Origin: Chiloscyllium plagiosum
Taxonomy: Eukaryota
Direction of reading: 5' to 3'
Assembly: GCF_004010195.1 (NCBI RefSeq)
Contig: NC_057752.1
Location: forward strand, 1,087,525-1,151,524
DNA: 64,000 nucleotides
The position numbers and the translations under genes were made by a program. Each line of letters begins with the position of its first letter. The stretch's first letter is position 1. The notes under the pieces were generated by a model. That model saw nothing but the letters and a program-made list of their open reading frames with translations. It was not told the DNA's origin and did no database searches. Shown in pieces: positions 50,760-63,230 of the stretch.

Positions 50760-51915
50760 CACACCTTTGCCCCACAGCCCTGCACATTTCAGATAAGGAT
50801 CTAATTCCCTTTAGAACTGTCCAATTGGCTCTGCTTCCTCCATGCTCTCAGGCAGCAAATCCCAGAATCTAACCACTCGCTGTGGGAACTTTTTTTTCCC
50901 CCCATGTATCTATTGCCCCATTTGCCAATCACCTTAAATTTGCTCTCCCTGTTTTGCAGTCCTTCCACCAAGGGGAACAATTTCTCCCTACCTACTTGGT
51001 CGGATTCCCTCAGTATTTTGAAAACTTCAATCCAATCTCCTCTCAGCCTTCTCCCCTTCAAGGAGGCCAATCCCAACTTCTCCAATCTACCCATGTTACT
51101 GAAGATCCTCATCCCCAGATCCATTCTTGTTAATTTTTTTCTGAATCATCTCTAATGCCTCACATCAGCCTCACAGAAAAGGTGTGGTGCCCCAAACTGA
51201 CAATACTCTGGTCATGAAACGGAGCCAGTATGTTTGACATAAAGTACAAAAGCAAGGGAGTTATGTCAATATAGATATGATCCAAGACGCCACGTTCATT
51301 AAATTTATATACCCCGAGGCACCTCCACACCCTTTAGAATTGTGCCCTTCGTTTTGTAGTGTCTCTCCACATTCCTCCTACCAACACAAGTTATTTCATA
51401 TTAAATTTAATGTGTTACTTGTCCACACATTCCACCAAACTATGTCCTTTTGAAGTTTAACATTATCTTCCTGAGAGTTCACAATACTTCCAGGTTTTGT
51501 ATTCTCTACAACTTTTGACATTGTCCCGTGGACACCAGGGTCTCAGTCATTAGCATACTCATCAGGAAAAGCCGAGGTCCCAACTCTGACTTTTGGAACT
51601 TCGCTGTATGCCTTGCTCCCATCCAAAATAACTGTACAGCATGACTCTGCTTCCTGTCACGAGTCAATTTCATATCCAGGTTGCTACTACCCCTTTTATT
51701 CCAGGATTACTAACTTTGTTTATAGGACAATTCTGTAGCAAAACTCTTTTGAATGTCCACATACACCACATTCCTTTCATCAGCCCTCATTGAAAAACTC
51801 AAGCACATTAGTTAACATCTCCCCAACAAATCTGTGCTTGATTTTCTTAATTAATCCACAGGTGACCATTTATTCTGACCTGAATGATCAGTTCTAAAAG
51901 CTTCCCCACCACCAA
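50760..51915 (-). mobile_element. Old CR1 ORF2 fragment
   Basis: ORF 50801-51124 (RLEKLGLASLKGRRLRGDWIEVFKILR); degenerate RT motifs continue to about 51900. Confidence 0.7.
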
Positions 51916-52129
51916 GGTGATAACAGGGGTTTAAAGATAAGGTCAGCAACTATAGGCCAGTTTGTTTAGCCGTAATAGAATTTGTGGTTGGATAGGAGTG
52001 CGGCTGAAAATGAATTCAGGGCTGGAGATGATGCAGGACTCAAAATGGTTAACTTCAGTATTGCCAAAGAGCAGCTAGAAGGACACATAGGACTAAGTGC
52101 CAGATAGGCAATATTGAAATGACGAAAAG

Positions 52130-52575
52130 TGAGACATGTCACCAAGGTTTTTTGTCTTGCACTAATCAGGACAAATGGAAGAGTGCCAAATTTCAAACCA
52201 GCACAGCAAAATTCTACCATGAGGGTAAAGGTGCTGAGGTTTGGTAACTCTGGCTGAGGCGCTGCCATTAAAAACGTAATGGGAAACTATGGCTCCTGGG
52301 AAATTGGAAAAAGGCACAAGACGCGACCATATTCCTTATGTTTACAGAAAGTAAGCCCTCACGTATTAGTGTGTGTCATTTTTATTAAGTGCAAATGAGC
52401 AACGTTATGAATTTGACAATCCTAAATCAATTGTTAACATGGCTATTGGCGCACTCATGATTGTTCAGCAAGTGCCACTCAATCATGGAATCTTCTAACA
52501 GGAGACATGTTGCTTTGGGTTTGCAAGCATGGCTGGTTGAGTACAGTCTGTACTCTGCAAATTATGAACAAACAA
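52130..52575 (-). mobile_element. Decayed Penelope-like element 3' end: GIY-YIG endonuclease C-terminus plus pseudo-LTR with a hammerhead-like motif
   Basis: My manual minus-strand translation of about 52330-52492 gives DSMIEWHLLNNHECANSHVNN*FRIV / HNVAHLHLIKMTHTNT*GLTFCKHKEY, resembling the PLE pattern SAI..HL...H.C....F.I...L..LE..YI....P.LC.QKE. Downstream is TGTC-CTGATTA-GT-gcaag-AC-AAAA...GACA (52173-52137). Confidence 0.7.
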
Positions 52576-53529
52576 ACAGGTTTTGTTTCCAATGAGCCAA
52601 CCACTGGAATGTATGGCCTGCCTTTGCACCAGCACTAAAATTCACATATGAAGTTGCTCAATTAAATGGTAAGCAGAATACAAATATCCATGGGGTTAGG
52701 AGAAAGAATGAAAGGAGTTCAATTAGTATGCAATGACACTGGAGTACTTTTATTGGGGTTGGTTCTTTTCTTTTATGGTTATCACCACTGTGTGATATAC
52801 ATACAACTCATGGACCCAGCCAGCAAAAACATGCCCCAAGCAACAGGTCACGTACTATCTAACCATATATTCGCTGCAGGCATTATTCTTTCGTTGACAA
52901 GTAAGGGACATGAATAGATGAGAGATATCTGGCTGTCTTTAAAAGGTCCTAAAGGTTCCACTGAACCGGATTCCAAATGGTTCACATTCTTCATACAAAT
53001 GTCATCTTGCAAGTTCAACCTCTTATGCCACAACACAAAAAGTGAATTGTGTGAAGCAGTTTTGTTGAAATAGCCGATAAGCGCCCAATTCAAATTGCAA
53101 TCCATGTTCAACAAAACTAAACAAAAATGCCAAGCCCACTTCCTCACTACACCCACTCGAATCCAGCACAACGCGCTGTAAATCATACAGTTCAACAACA
53201 GCTGAACCCAACAAAAAAAAGAAGACCAGTGCTGAAGAAAACCAAACTTTGCAACTTACAGCACCTTGCATGGCCTGGAGTCACCAAATGCCCCCTGGCC
53301 CTCACTGCCAGCCAAGTGGCATTTTTACAGACCTGACCCACTGAGGCACCAAGATACAAGCCAGTGGGCACAGATGTCACTATTAACAATACTCACACCA
53401 GCGGCAAGAAAGGTCAATATCCATTTCCACTGAGGGTTCAGGACAAAATTTTTCTGCAAAAGGCAGAATTTGGTCATTGCCCTTCAAAAGGGACATCTGT
53501 CTTAGTGAGGGTTTGTTAGCAATGGGATT

Positions 53530-54060
53530 TGAGAAAGGATGTACTGGCACTGGAGAGGGTGCAGAGGAGGTTCACTCGAACGATTCCAGGGTTGAGGGGG
53601 TTGACTTATGAAGAGAGAGACTGTGTAGACTGGGATTATATTCATTGGAATTTAGAAGAATGGGAGGGGGGGGGGATCTTATAGAAACATATAAAGTAAT
53701 GAAGGGAATAGATAAGATAGAAGCAGAGAGGATGTTTCCACTGGTAAGTGAAACTAGCACAAGAGGGCATAGCCTCAAGAAGAGGGGAGGCAGATTTAGG
53801 ACTGAATGGAGAAGGAATGTCTTCACCCAGAGGGTTGTATATCTATGGAATTCCTTGTCCAGTGAAGTAATTGCTGCTACTTCAGTAAACGTTTTTAAAT
53901 CTAAGATAATTCCTTTGTTCAAAAAGAAAGCTAAGGGATACGGCGAGAGCGCAGATAAGTAAAGGTGAGTCCATAAAAAGATCAGCCATGATCGTATTGC
54001 ATGGCGGAGCAGGCTCGAAGGGCCAGATGAACTACTCCTGCTCCTGGTTCTTATGTTCTA
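53530..54060 (+). mobile_element. CR1 3' fragment
   Basis: ORF 53645-53962 (DLIETYKVMKGIDKIEAERMFPLVSETSTRGHSLK); tail gttcttatgttct. Confidence 0.9.
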
Positions 54061-56904
54061 ATAGCAATTATCTGCTTCCTTCACAACCACTGCATTTAAA
54101 ACAATGTTCATTTCTAAACCTTCAATTTTAAATGTGCTCCACCATGATCAGACAGACCAATGGGAAACACCACGGCTGCATACACGTTCTTTGTTTCTTC
54201 CCTTCACAGGATGTGGGTATCACTGGCAAGACGAGCATTTGTTGCCAGTCATTTCAGAGAGCAGTTTAGAGTCAACCACATTGTTGAGAGGCAGCCTGGT
54301 CTAACAGAAGCTTAAAGGTTCCTTATTGTCTCCGTCACTTTACCAGGCCTATAGAGGATAAAAAACTATTTATAGAATGCTAATGTTATTAATGCATTGC
54401 TTCTTATAGAGTTTGGCTTCTATCAGCAAAGAGGAAAAGGTTTTGGCAGACAACACGACCTTCAGACGTCTAGAACTGAATGCAAATGCTTCCCCTAAAG
54501 AGGGTCCCATCTGGGTGTGAAGCTTTTCTACTGATTCAGAGGAACCTCTGAACGTCGTTACAAATGTCAATACTGGATACTGAGGTAAAGGACAAGGTCA
54601 GGAGCTTACAGCTTTGCTGCACAATAATGAGGCTTATTTGACAAGATCACCACAGAATAACATTTTTAAAAATTTAAATCAAAGGTGAAACAATGTATCA
54701 AAAATCAGAGCCGTACAGTGTGCAAAGAGGCCTTCGGCTCATTGCGCTCATCAACCCTTGTGTAGAGCTATACCAGGTAGTCCCACTCCCCTACATTTCA
54801 TTCTTTTCAAGGATTTATCCGATTCCCTTTTTGCTGTTGAATCCAATTCCCCAAGCCCATTCTGGATCATAACTCGGAGTAAAAACTGGTCTCTTCATTT
54901 CCCCGCTGCCTTTTTTCCCAATGACCTTAAGCCTATGTCTAACTGATCCTACTGTATCCTGCCTGTGTGTTTCTTGCTTCCTTCCTGACCCCCACCCCCT
55001 ACAACTCACTGGGAAAGCTGTCGCCATTGTGGAGTTTTTAAAGCCAGCTCAGGATACCTACGTGAAATCAAAGAAACCAAAAACAAAAAAAAGTCTTGGG
55101 ACATGCACTCGAAGTCCTGTTAGCTCTAGCAAGAAGGACCAAGTGCTGGAAAGTGAGATTAGGTCAGGCGATTCATTTTTAAGCCAGCGCAAACAAAACA
55201 GGCTGAGTGGCCTCTGCTTGCTGTAGGTTTTGACTTTTTCAAAATATCCAATGAGGAGGAATGTGCACACAGATGCTGGAAGAGTGTGGGGTGGGGCAGT
55301 ATATGATCTGCTCCTCTTCCGTAGAAGAGCAGTATACGCACGACGGATCAAAAGGCCTTCTTCAGCGCGGTAAAGATTCAATAATTCAAAGGCTAACAGT
55401 ACAAGTGATGTATTGTAACCTTTTACTACACCATACTAGTCAGTAGCATGTTGATGGGATTGAAGCACTGACGAAGTCTTTGTTGCCTTTGTGGAAACCG
55501 TTTCACAGCATAGGAAAGTTGCAGTGCCAACACATCCCTTAACTGGAAGTAAATTTGCCAAGTGGAAGTGGAGCCACTGGAATTAAATATGCATAGTACC
55601 TGATGGCACTTAGTCCACTGAATGACAAGAATGTAAAAGTAATGCAAATGACTGCACAACATGAAAGGGTTACCCAAAAATCACAAAAACACTTCACCTA
55701 TCAGGTGATAAGAGACTGTTCCTACTGGGAGGAGCTGAGTGAAGAAATTTCTCCACATCTCAGTCTAATATCCTGAGTCTATGACTCCCTTATTGTAGGC
55801 AGCATTATCTCTTAATCCAGACTGTCTGGCCTGGTTAGAATTTTATACATGTCACTGAGATCCCCTCTCATTCTAAGCACCTGTAAATACTAAGCCAATT
55901 GATCTAATTTCTCATCATACAACATACTGATAAAGAGACAACTGTGTATTTGTGATCTAATGTAACTAGCTACTAAGTACTACATGATAAGCTTTTTTCT
56001 TGTGCATCAACATTGAGCCTATTTTCTACAGATGGCTGTGTGGACATTCTTCCTCACTTGATCAGAGTAATTTAGACTAATGCCAATATGAGAACTGATG
56101 CCAGTGTGTCTACCCAAAGCATCTCAGATCACTCCAGCAGAAACCAACACTTGCAAGATACTGGCACTCTTAGGCATCTAAATATTTTATTTTGCTTTAT
56201 GATACAAGACATGTGACCAAAAGTAGACAGTTTGCTTTTGATTCAGCAAGTCACCTCATCACCTGTCACCATGTCAACTGTCATGGCAACCCAAGTTACT
56301 TGTTCTTCTAGACTGTGCCTGGGTTAGACGGGCTTCCTAGTATGAAGCCACATTAACCTCAAGACGATGAGACTTGCACACCACTGCACTAATATGCAAC
56401 AGAGTCAGAGCTAGATACACTTTAGCCCTGGCTCAGCAGGTTGCACTTTCACCTGACTGTTCAAAGTTGACAATTTCAAATCCCCCTGCAGCAACTTGCA
56501 TACATTCCAAGCTGTGACACTCAGGACTGAGGAAGTGCTGCACTGTCGCTGATGCCATTTTTAAAGCAAAACATTGAACTGAGGCCTTCACCTGCCCTTT
56601 CAGGGGCAGAATATTGCCCAGGCTGCACTTAACACCCAACTGGCTTCCACCATGCAAGACTATCCAAATATTTTATAGCTAGGTAACGTGTAAACAATAC
56701 AAAGGTTTCAAGATTCCCAAATTGGAATGAAAACCTCATCTTGCTCAGAAATCCCAGTCCCATGCCAGCTCCCAACTAAGCTAGGAAAACCAGAACTCCC
56801 AGTTTAAGGAAACCCTGCTTCCAACATTCAAACCAGATCCCTGCATTTTTCTGACGAGCTCCACCCAATCTCTCTGGGGGAGTTTAAGACCAGTAATCTC
56901 GCTG

Positions 56905-57420
56905 TACCTCATTCTCCCTTTTTCCATCAGGGATCTGGGATGGACAGTGCTGCACACAGCAGCCCCACATGATAGGAGATTGTGTAGGTTCCCTGGGTGC
57001 CAGGCCACATGTAGGTTTTGTACCCTGGGGGAAAACTGTCAGCCACATTTATGTTGAATGCTTTTGTTTGCAGTCAATCTTTAGTTTTTATTTTGAATGG
57101 GTTACTCTTAAATTTCTGGTTGCACTTCAGCCCCACACTCCTAATCTATGGATACTGTGTGCGGAGTGGAGGGCAGGCAGCTCAGAGGGGCTCTTCATAG
57201 GTCTGTTCCCTGGGGCTTGGTCAAAGTGGCCATCAACAGTTCCAGGCAGCAGGCAGTGGAAGGGGTCACATTACCTAACTGCCTGCTCTTCTTTTGCAGT
57301 TACGTTCGCATTCGGGTGTCCATTGAAGAGGAGCATGACATGCTCGCTGGCATGATAAAGGCTAGTGAGGGCTGAGGTGCATCATCACCTCAGAAAATGC
57401 TATTTGGATTTAGTGAATTT
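56905..57420 (+). mobile_element. Tx1-like (L1 clade) LINE ORF2 C-terminal fragment, frameshifted
   Basis: Read across frames: DLGWTVLHTAAPHDRRLCRFPGCQATCRFCTLG / TVSHIYVEC (a CxxC..H...C zinc knuckle), GLLLNFWLHFSPTLLIYG, and GLVKVAINSSRQQAVEG..CLLFF.SYVR.RVSIEEEH. Confidence 0.75.
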
Positions 57421-59859
57421 CTGTTCTATAAGGTTTGATTATCTGTTTGTTGCTGTTATTATAGTATCCCACTGGGGATAGTTTATTAAAGTTTATTACT
57501 TTAAGAGCTGTACCTCATTCCCACCTGTTCCCACCAATACTGCTCCAAGTATAACTAATGAAACAAAGCCAGACAGCAACAGAGTCAAAAAGACAGAAAT
57601 CTTTAGCCTGAAGACTCCAGTCTTCATGTACCTACAAAAATCTGGAAACACTGCATGCGGAAACATTTGTAGTGTGGACTAAATGAGCACAGAAACAAAA
57701 AAACTTGCTCCTCCTCAAGACTATTCCTCCAAATAGATCTGGTTGATCTCTTGATAGGAAGATGGGAGTGAGGAGCAGGAGTAGGCTACTCAGCCTCTCG
57801 AGCCTGTTCCACTATTGAATAAGAACACAGCTAATTTGGTTGCAGTCTTGGCTGAACCTACACGTATGCCATCAAGAACCCTCAACTCCCTTGTCTGTCA
57901 ATAACCGAACAAACTCAGTCCTCAATAAATTTAAAGATCAAGCCTCCACTACCTTCTGGGTAGTGATCCACTCAGAATCGTATGTTTCAATAAGATCACC
58001 TGTTAATCTTCTAAAGTCGATAACAAATAAAAAACGATTTGTTTCTGCTTGGAAAGCTCAAGTTAGCTCCCTTGGATTGACAGTCTTTTGAAGGAGACTT
58101 ACCCGGAGCCTACAGCTCTGTGTGGTTTTCTGCTTACTGGTCCGGCTCGAATTTTATAGGCTGTGCCCACTTTGTACAGGACTCCTTTAACTAAAGGAGA
58201 ACCATTTCTCTGAAATCTTTTTGTCATTTTAAACACCTCATTCGGATCATTCCTCAAGCTTCTAAACGCCAGAATATCGGAGTCTCATTTGTTTAACGTG
58301 ACATCAAAATTTAACTCTTCCAGGTCTGGCATCCTTCTGATGCCAAGGTATCCGGAGGTGCAGTGACCAGAACTGAAGGCCAGCACTCCACACAGAGACC
58401 AACCAAAGCTCTGCAGAATTGAATTTGACAAGACACATTCTCAATCAAGGCATTTACAGTTTAGTTACACGCAAGGGCACATGAAGAAATTTCTACCACA
58501 CACCCCCACTCCAATCATCCCACCCTCCACTATTTCTAATCCTACAACAATAGAGAGTTCACCAGTCTGCAGACCAACCAGGCCAGAAAGGACTCATGTA
58601 TGCATTCACAGAATTGTTATGGTATGGGAGGAGGCTATTCGGACTATCATGCTTGCACTAGTGCTAATCTCCTGCCTTTGCCCCATATTCCTACATTCTA
58701 TTTCTAAATAACCATCCAATGCCCCCCGACCAATCCAATGGAACCTACTTCCCCCACATTTCCAGGCAGTGCATTGCAGACCCTAACTACTCACTGGGTG
58801 AAAATGCTTTTCCACACATCACCCTCACTTTGTTTGTGCATCCCTTTCAAATCGATGCCTCTCTAGTTCTTGTTCCTTTTCTAAGCAAGAACAGCTTCTG
58901 CCTTCCTACTCTGCCCAGCTGGCTCCTGATTTTGAAAACGTCCTTCAAATCTTTTAAAGTTTATACCTAACAAAAATCTACTGGCTTTGATTATTCAATT
59001 TAATGCAAATTCAGAAAAATGAATGGTAGCCAGCAAGTGAAAGAGAGAGAAAGAGAAAACAGGTCAGTGAAAGTCTGCTTTGAGAAAACACACAAAAGCC
59101 TGTCCAATTGCACCAGGACTTGAAGCACAATTTCCTGTCACAACCTTATTTAGGTGGCAGATCTGTCTGGATTGCAGAATACTCAGTGCACTTTGTTTAT
59201 ATGCCCCTGAAGTGCATCGGCCCTGGGGAATTCCATCTCGAGCAGCCTAGATAGCTCTCACTATGCTTCTCTGTCTCGGTACCCCTCTAATATTTTTTGA
59301 ACTAATTTCAAGGCCCTGCTTACTTCATCTAAACACAAACTTATTGAGAGTAGCAGTAATAGAAAATACAAGACTGTCCAGATGACCAGTATTTTCCATG
59401 GCAGGGGTGGGGTGGAATGGGGGTTACTTGTTTCCAGTTTTCCTGTCAATCATACTCTTTCCAAAAACGAGGTAATTTCAGCTACAAAACCAGACACTGA
59501 TGACCTCATGTTATTGATGTACTAAAAAGCAGGAGGAGATTTGAAACTGCATCTGTAGGTTAAGGGTAATCAGGAAGATACACCCCCTTCCAGCTACAAA
59601 TGGTAAATGATAAGCATTGCCAAGTTTAAATGCCAGTCTGGAGTGACATTTGCATGTGGGCATCACCCAGAGATCACCATTTAAGGAATGAGCGTGGGAG
59701 AAAAGCATTCAAATAACCTTTTCATACTAGCCACATGGCAATATGAATGCCATCTGATATTCTGCCCACAGGGAGTGTTGGCTCACCATTTCTGAAATGA
59801 GTACACTTCTTGCCCCCTTGTCACCTCACAGTACTTCTAAAGCATAACACTGTTGCCAC

Positions 59860-60230
59860 GTTGCGTCACTAGACTGCAGATCCAGAGTAGATCTGGCCAA
59901 ATGTTCAAATCCCACTGCAGCTTGGGAATGCAAGTTCAATGAACTAAGACTGGACTTAAAACCCTATTGTTTATTAATGATTATCATGGATCTAAGCAAA
60001 TTATTGTTTTAAAAAAAACATCTGACTCACTTGTATTCTTTGGAGAAGGTCCCTGGCCGATCTGGCCTACTTGTGACTCCAGACCCACAAAAATGTAGTT
60101 GGCCTGAAAGCCACTCAGTTCAAGAAAATGGCACAACATCATCCTTTTTTTCAAAAAAAAGGCAATTGGGAATGTGTAATTGACACTGGCCTTGCCAGAG
60201 ATACCTACAAACTATGAATGAACAAATAAA
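59860..60230 (+). mobile_element. tRNA-derived SINE with an L2-like tail, diverged
   Basis: B box tgttcaaatccc; body tctggcctacttgtgactccagacccaca; tail ggcaattgggaatg...ctggccttgccag...atgaatgaa. Confidence 0.65.
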
Positions 60231-60919
60231 AACAAATTGGCAGTTGACAATTAAGTCTCAGACATTTATACAGCCTCTCTGCAAAATGCTGGAGGACCCG
60301 AGAGTTACAGGGTCATTCCAAAGCATCATTCAACTCCTTCCTTCCCTGTGGAGGGAAACACAGACTCAACAGTCAATGCATCTCCGACATAGCCTGTGCT
60401 CAACCAGTTGTAATACAAGACAATAAAATTACAAAGAATAACTAAATTTATCGAATCTGGTTCTCAGAGTGCCGCATGACAGAGGAATCCCAACAGTGAT
60501 CAATCAACTCAACCAAAGATGAATGAACAATGCACCTCTTTCATAATTAAGTGTCAGAGACCCACAACTCCTGGATAAACACACAACTCAACTAGGCCTT
60601 CCAGAATGGTAATATTTTGGACTGAAGATGCTGAACCTCTGGAATAGAATATTCTCAACTGGGCTGGGGCCTTCTCATTTTCAGGGCCCTGCTAGCCTGT
60701 TCATGTGAATCTCACTGCATGATGTCCAAGAGGAACAGGGCACTGTTCTGTTGTCCTAGCCAATATTCTCCTCTCAAACGATATGATCTTCTTATAGCTC
60801 TGTCAAATCCGAATGCATGCTATGTGGCTACCATCTCTGTCCAGCTATCACCATACACTGCATTTTGAATTAGTCAATTGTTTGCAAAATTTCTTAACCA
60901 GTTGGGTGAGTGGGCAATC

Positions 60920-61722
60920 ACGCATGGCAGAAGAAGAATAACACTGATAAATGTGAGGTGATCTACTTTGGTAGCAAAAACAGGAAAGCAGATCATTATC
61001 TGGATGGGGAGATTGGAAATGGGGAGATGCAATGGATGAGCAGGGATGGCTTGCTGCTACTGTACAGGATCTTGGTGAGATCGTGCCTGGAGTACTGTGT
61101 GCAGTTTTGGTCTCCTTAGCTGAGGAAGGATGTTCTGACAATGGAGGGAGTGCAACAAAGGTTTACCAGATGGATTCCTGCGATGGCAGGTCTGACCTAT
61201 GAAGAGCAATTGGATCAATTAGGACTATGGGGTAAAAACAATGACTGCAGATGCTGGAAACCAGATTCTGGATCAGTGGTGCTGGAAGAGCACAGCAATT
61301 CAGGCAGCATCCGACGAGCAGCAAAATCATATTCACCGGAGCTTTGAAGAATGAAGGAGAGTCTCACAGAAACCTATAAAATTCTAAGAGGACTAGACAA
61401 GGTAAATTCAGGATGCTCTCAATGATTGGGGAGTTGAAAACCAGGGGTCCCAGTTTAAGGATAGGGGTCAGTCATTTTGGACTGAGATGAGGAGAAACGT
61501 CTTCACCCAGAGAATGGGGAGACTGTGAAATTCTCTGCCACAGAAACCAATGGAGGCTAAAACATTGAATATTTTCAAGAAGGAGATAGATATAGTTCTT
61601 CAGGCTAAAGGGATCAAAAGATACAGGAAGAAAGAGAGAACAGGGTGCTGAGTTAGGTGATCAGCCATGATCATATTGAATGATGGAGCAGGTTCGAGGG
61701 ATCGAATGGCCTACTCCTACTG
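60920..61722 (+). mobile_element. CR1 3' fragment with a nested PLE fragment
   Basis: DKCEVIYFG, LYRILVRSCLEYCVQFWSP and EGVQQRFTRWIPAMAGLTYEE; 3' UTR present. Confidence 0.88.
61229..61328 (-). mobile_element. 100-bp PLE pseudo-LTR tail inserted in a CR1
   Basis: Interrupts ggactat|attcac with 'at' duplicated. It is the reverse complement of the family at 29590-29670. Confidence 0.72.
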
Positions 61723-62674
61723 TCTGTGTGTTGGAAAGGAGTTGCATGGACAATGTCTGAGATGGCTGAATGCTCTACCCACAAGTACAGAATGATTAAC
61801 TACATGGAAAGGTTAGAGTGGGCAGAATAGAAAGGAACAATCTGGCGGAGGTTGCAGAGCTGGAGAAGGTCACGCAGGAAACATTTGGCAACGAAACGAG
61901 GATTTCAGTGCTTGGCTCGAAGAGGTGGAGTGTTGGGGAGGACTGCTTAGAGCAGAATAGGAGACCCAATGGAGTTTGGCATCATGGGAAGTGCTGGGGG
62001 CAAGCACTGTCTGGTGCAGGGCAGGATGTGGGTAGTGGCATTTTGGACAAGACAGTCAGCAAAAAGCACAAAGAACTGGATGCGAGCAGAAGGAAATGCA
62101 AAACCACTAAAATCACGTGACCCAAATAGTCAGCGCCTGAGCATGCAGTCATCAGGCCTTCTCTGCAAAGTCAACACTGATCTCTGACAATCTTCCACGG
62201 TGATTGCAGGTCTGGACTTCAGTGTTCTTGGTGGACGTTTCAGTTAGTTGCAGTGCAGCTTTTGCAAAGCAGTTTGCACGGAGGTGAAAGTGGCAGCTTA
62301 ACAGTTGAGTTTTCAAGAGAGGAATAATCTAGCATGGAGAGGGTGGAATTGCAGTAATGGGGGTGGAAGCGCAGTGGAATGCACACAACTGCAGGCCACG
62401 GCAATTACCAGAGGGTCGCTGAAGTAGTATTTCCTACTGGAAAGCTAATTGCTTCTGCATTATGCAACTCATCCAACCTCCCCTTTCCAATAAAAGCTTG
62501 CAAGTTGCTTCACTTCAAGAGATTTGTCTGCCTCATTGTAGGCACTATTAAGTTTTCAGATTTTGCTTCTGAATCATTTTGTGTTCAAAGGCAACACAGC
62601 ATTGTCCTGTGAAGTGAGATTGAGGAGATGCAAACTGTATTCTCTGAAGTTTAGAAGAAAAAGAGGTGACCTCC

Positions 62675-63100
62675 ATAATATGTAGGAGCAGAAGTAGGCC
62701 ATTCAGCCATTGAGTTTACACTGACATTCAATGTGATTATGCTTGATGTGATCATCCTCTACTCCACTTTCCAGCATTTTCCCAGGACTCTCGATTCCCT
62801 TCCTGATCAAAAAAAAAGTCTGTCTCAGCCTTGAATATGCTTAATGACCCAGCCTCAACAGCCCGCTGCAAGAATTCCACAGATTCACTACCCTCTCAGA
62901 AGAAATTCCTCATCTCTTTCTTCCATTAGCAACCTTTTACTCTGAGATTATACCCTCTGGTCCTAGACTCTACCACAAGGAGAAACAACCTCTTCCCATC
63001 TACCTTGTGAAAGCTTCGAAGAATCTTGTATATTTCAATAAAGGTCACTACACATTGGATTTTAGACAATCAGTATAGGTCCAAAGTACTCAACCTCTCT
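62675..63100 (-). mobile_element. CR1 3' fragment
   Basis: gtaggagcagaagtaggccattcagcc...gaattccacagattcactaccctc...cctctggtcctagactct. Confidence 0.8.
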
Positions 63101-63180
63101 TATAAAGAGAGAGTGAAAATGAACACAACCATGTGTTTATTAAGTCAAAGACTTTTAACCCTGGTTCTAGCAAGCAGTTG

Positions 63181-63230
63181 GTGGAGGGGAGGAGGGGGGT
63201 GGGGGGGGGGGGGGGGAGGAGGAGGAGGGG
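63181..63230. repeat. G-rich tract (G16 plus GGA repeats), G-quadruplex-capable
   Basis: gtggaggggaggaggggggt(g)16aggaggaggagggg. Confidence 0.85.

Noticed and set aside
52618..52648. Short match to an LF-SINE-like 3' tail (gcactaaaattcac)
   Set aside because: It is too short and has no recognisable body.
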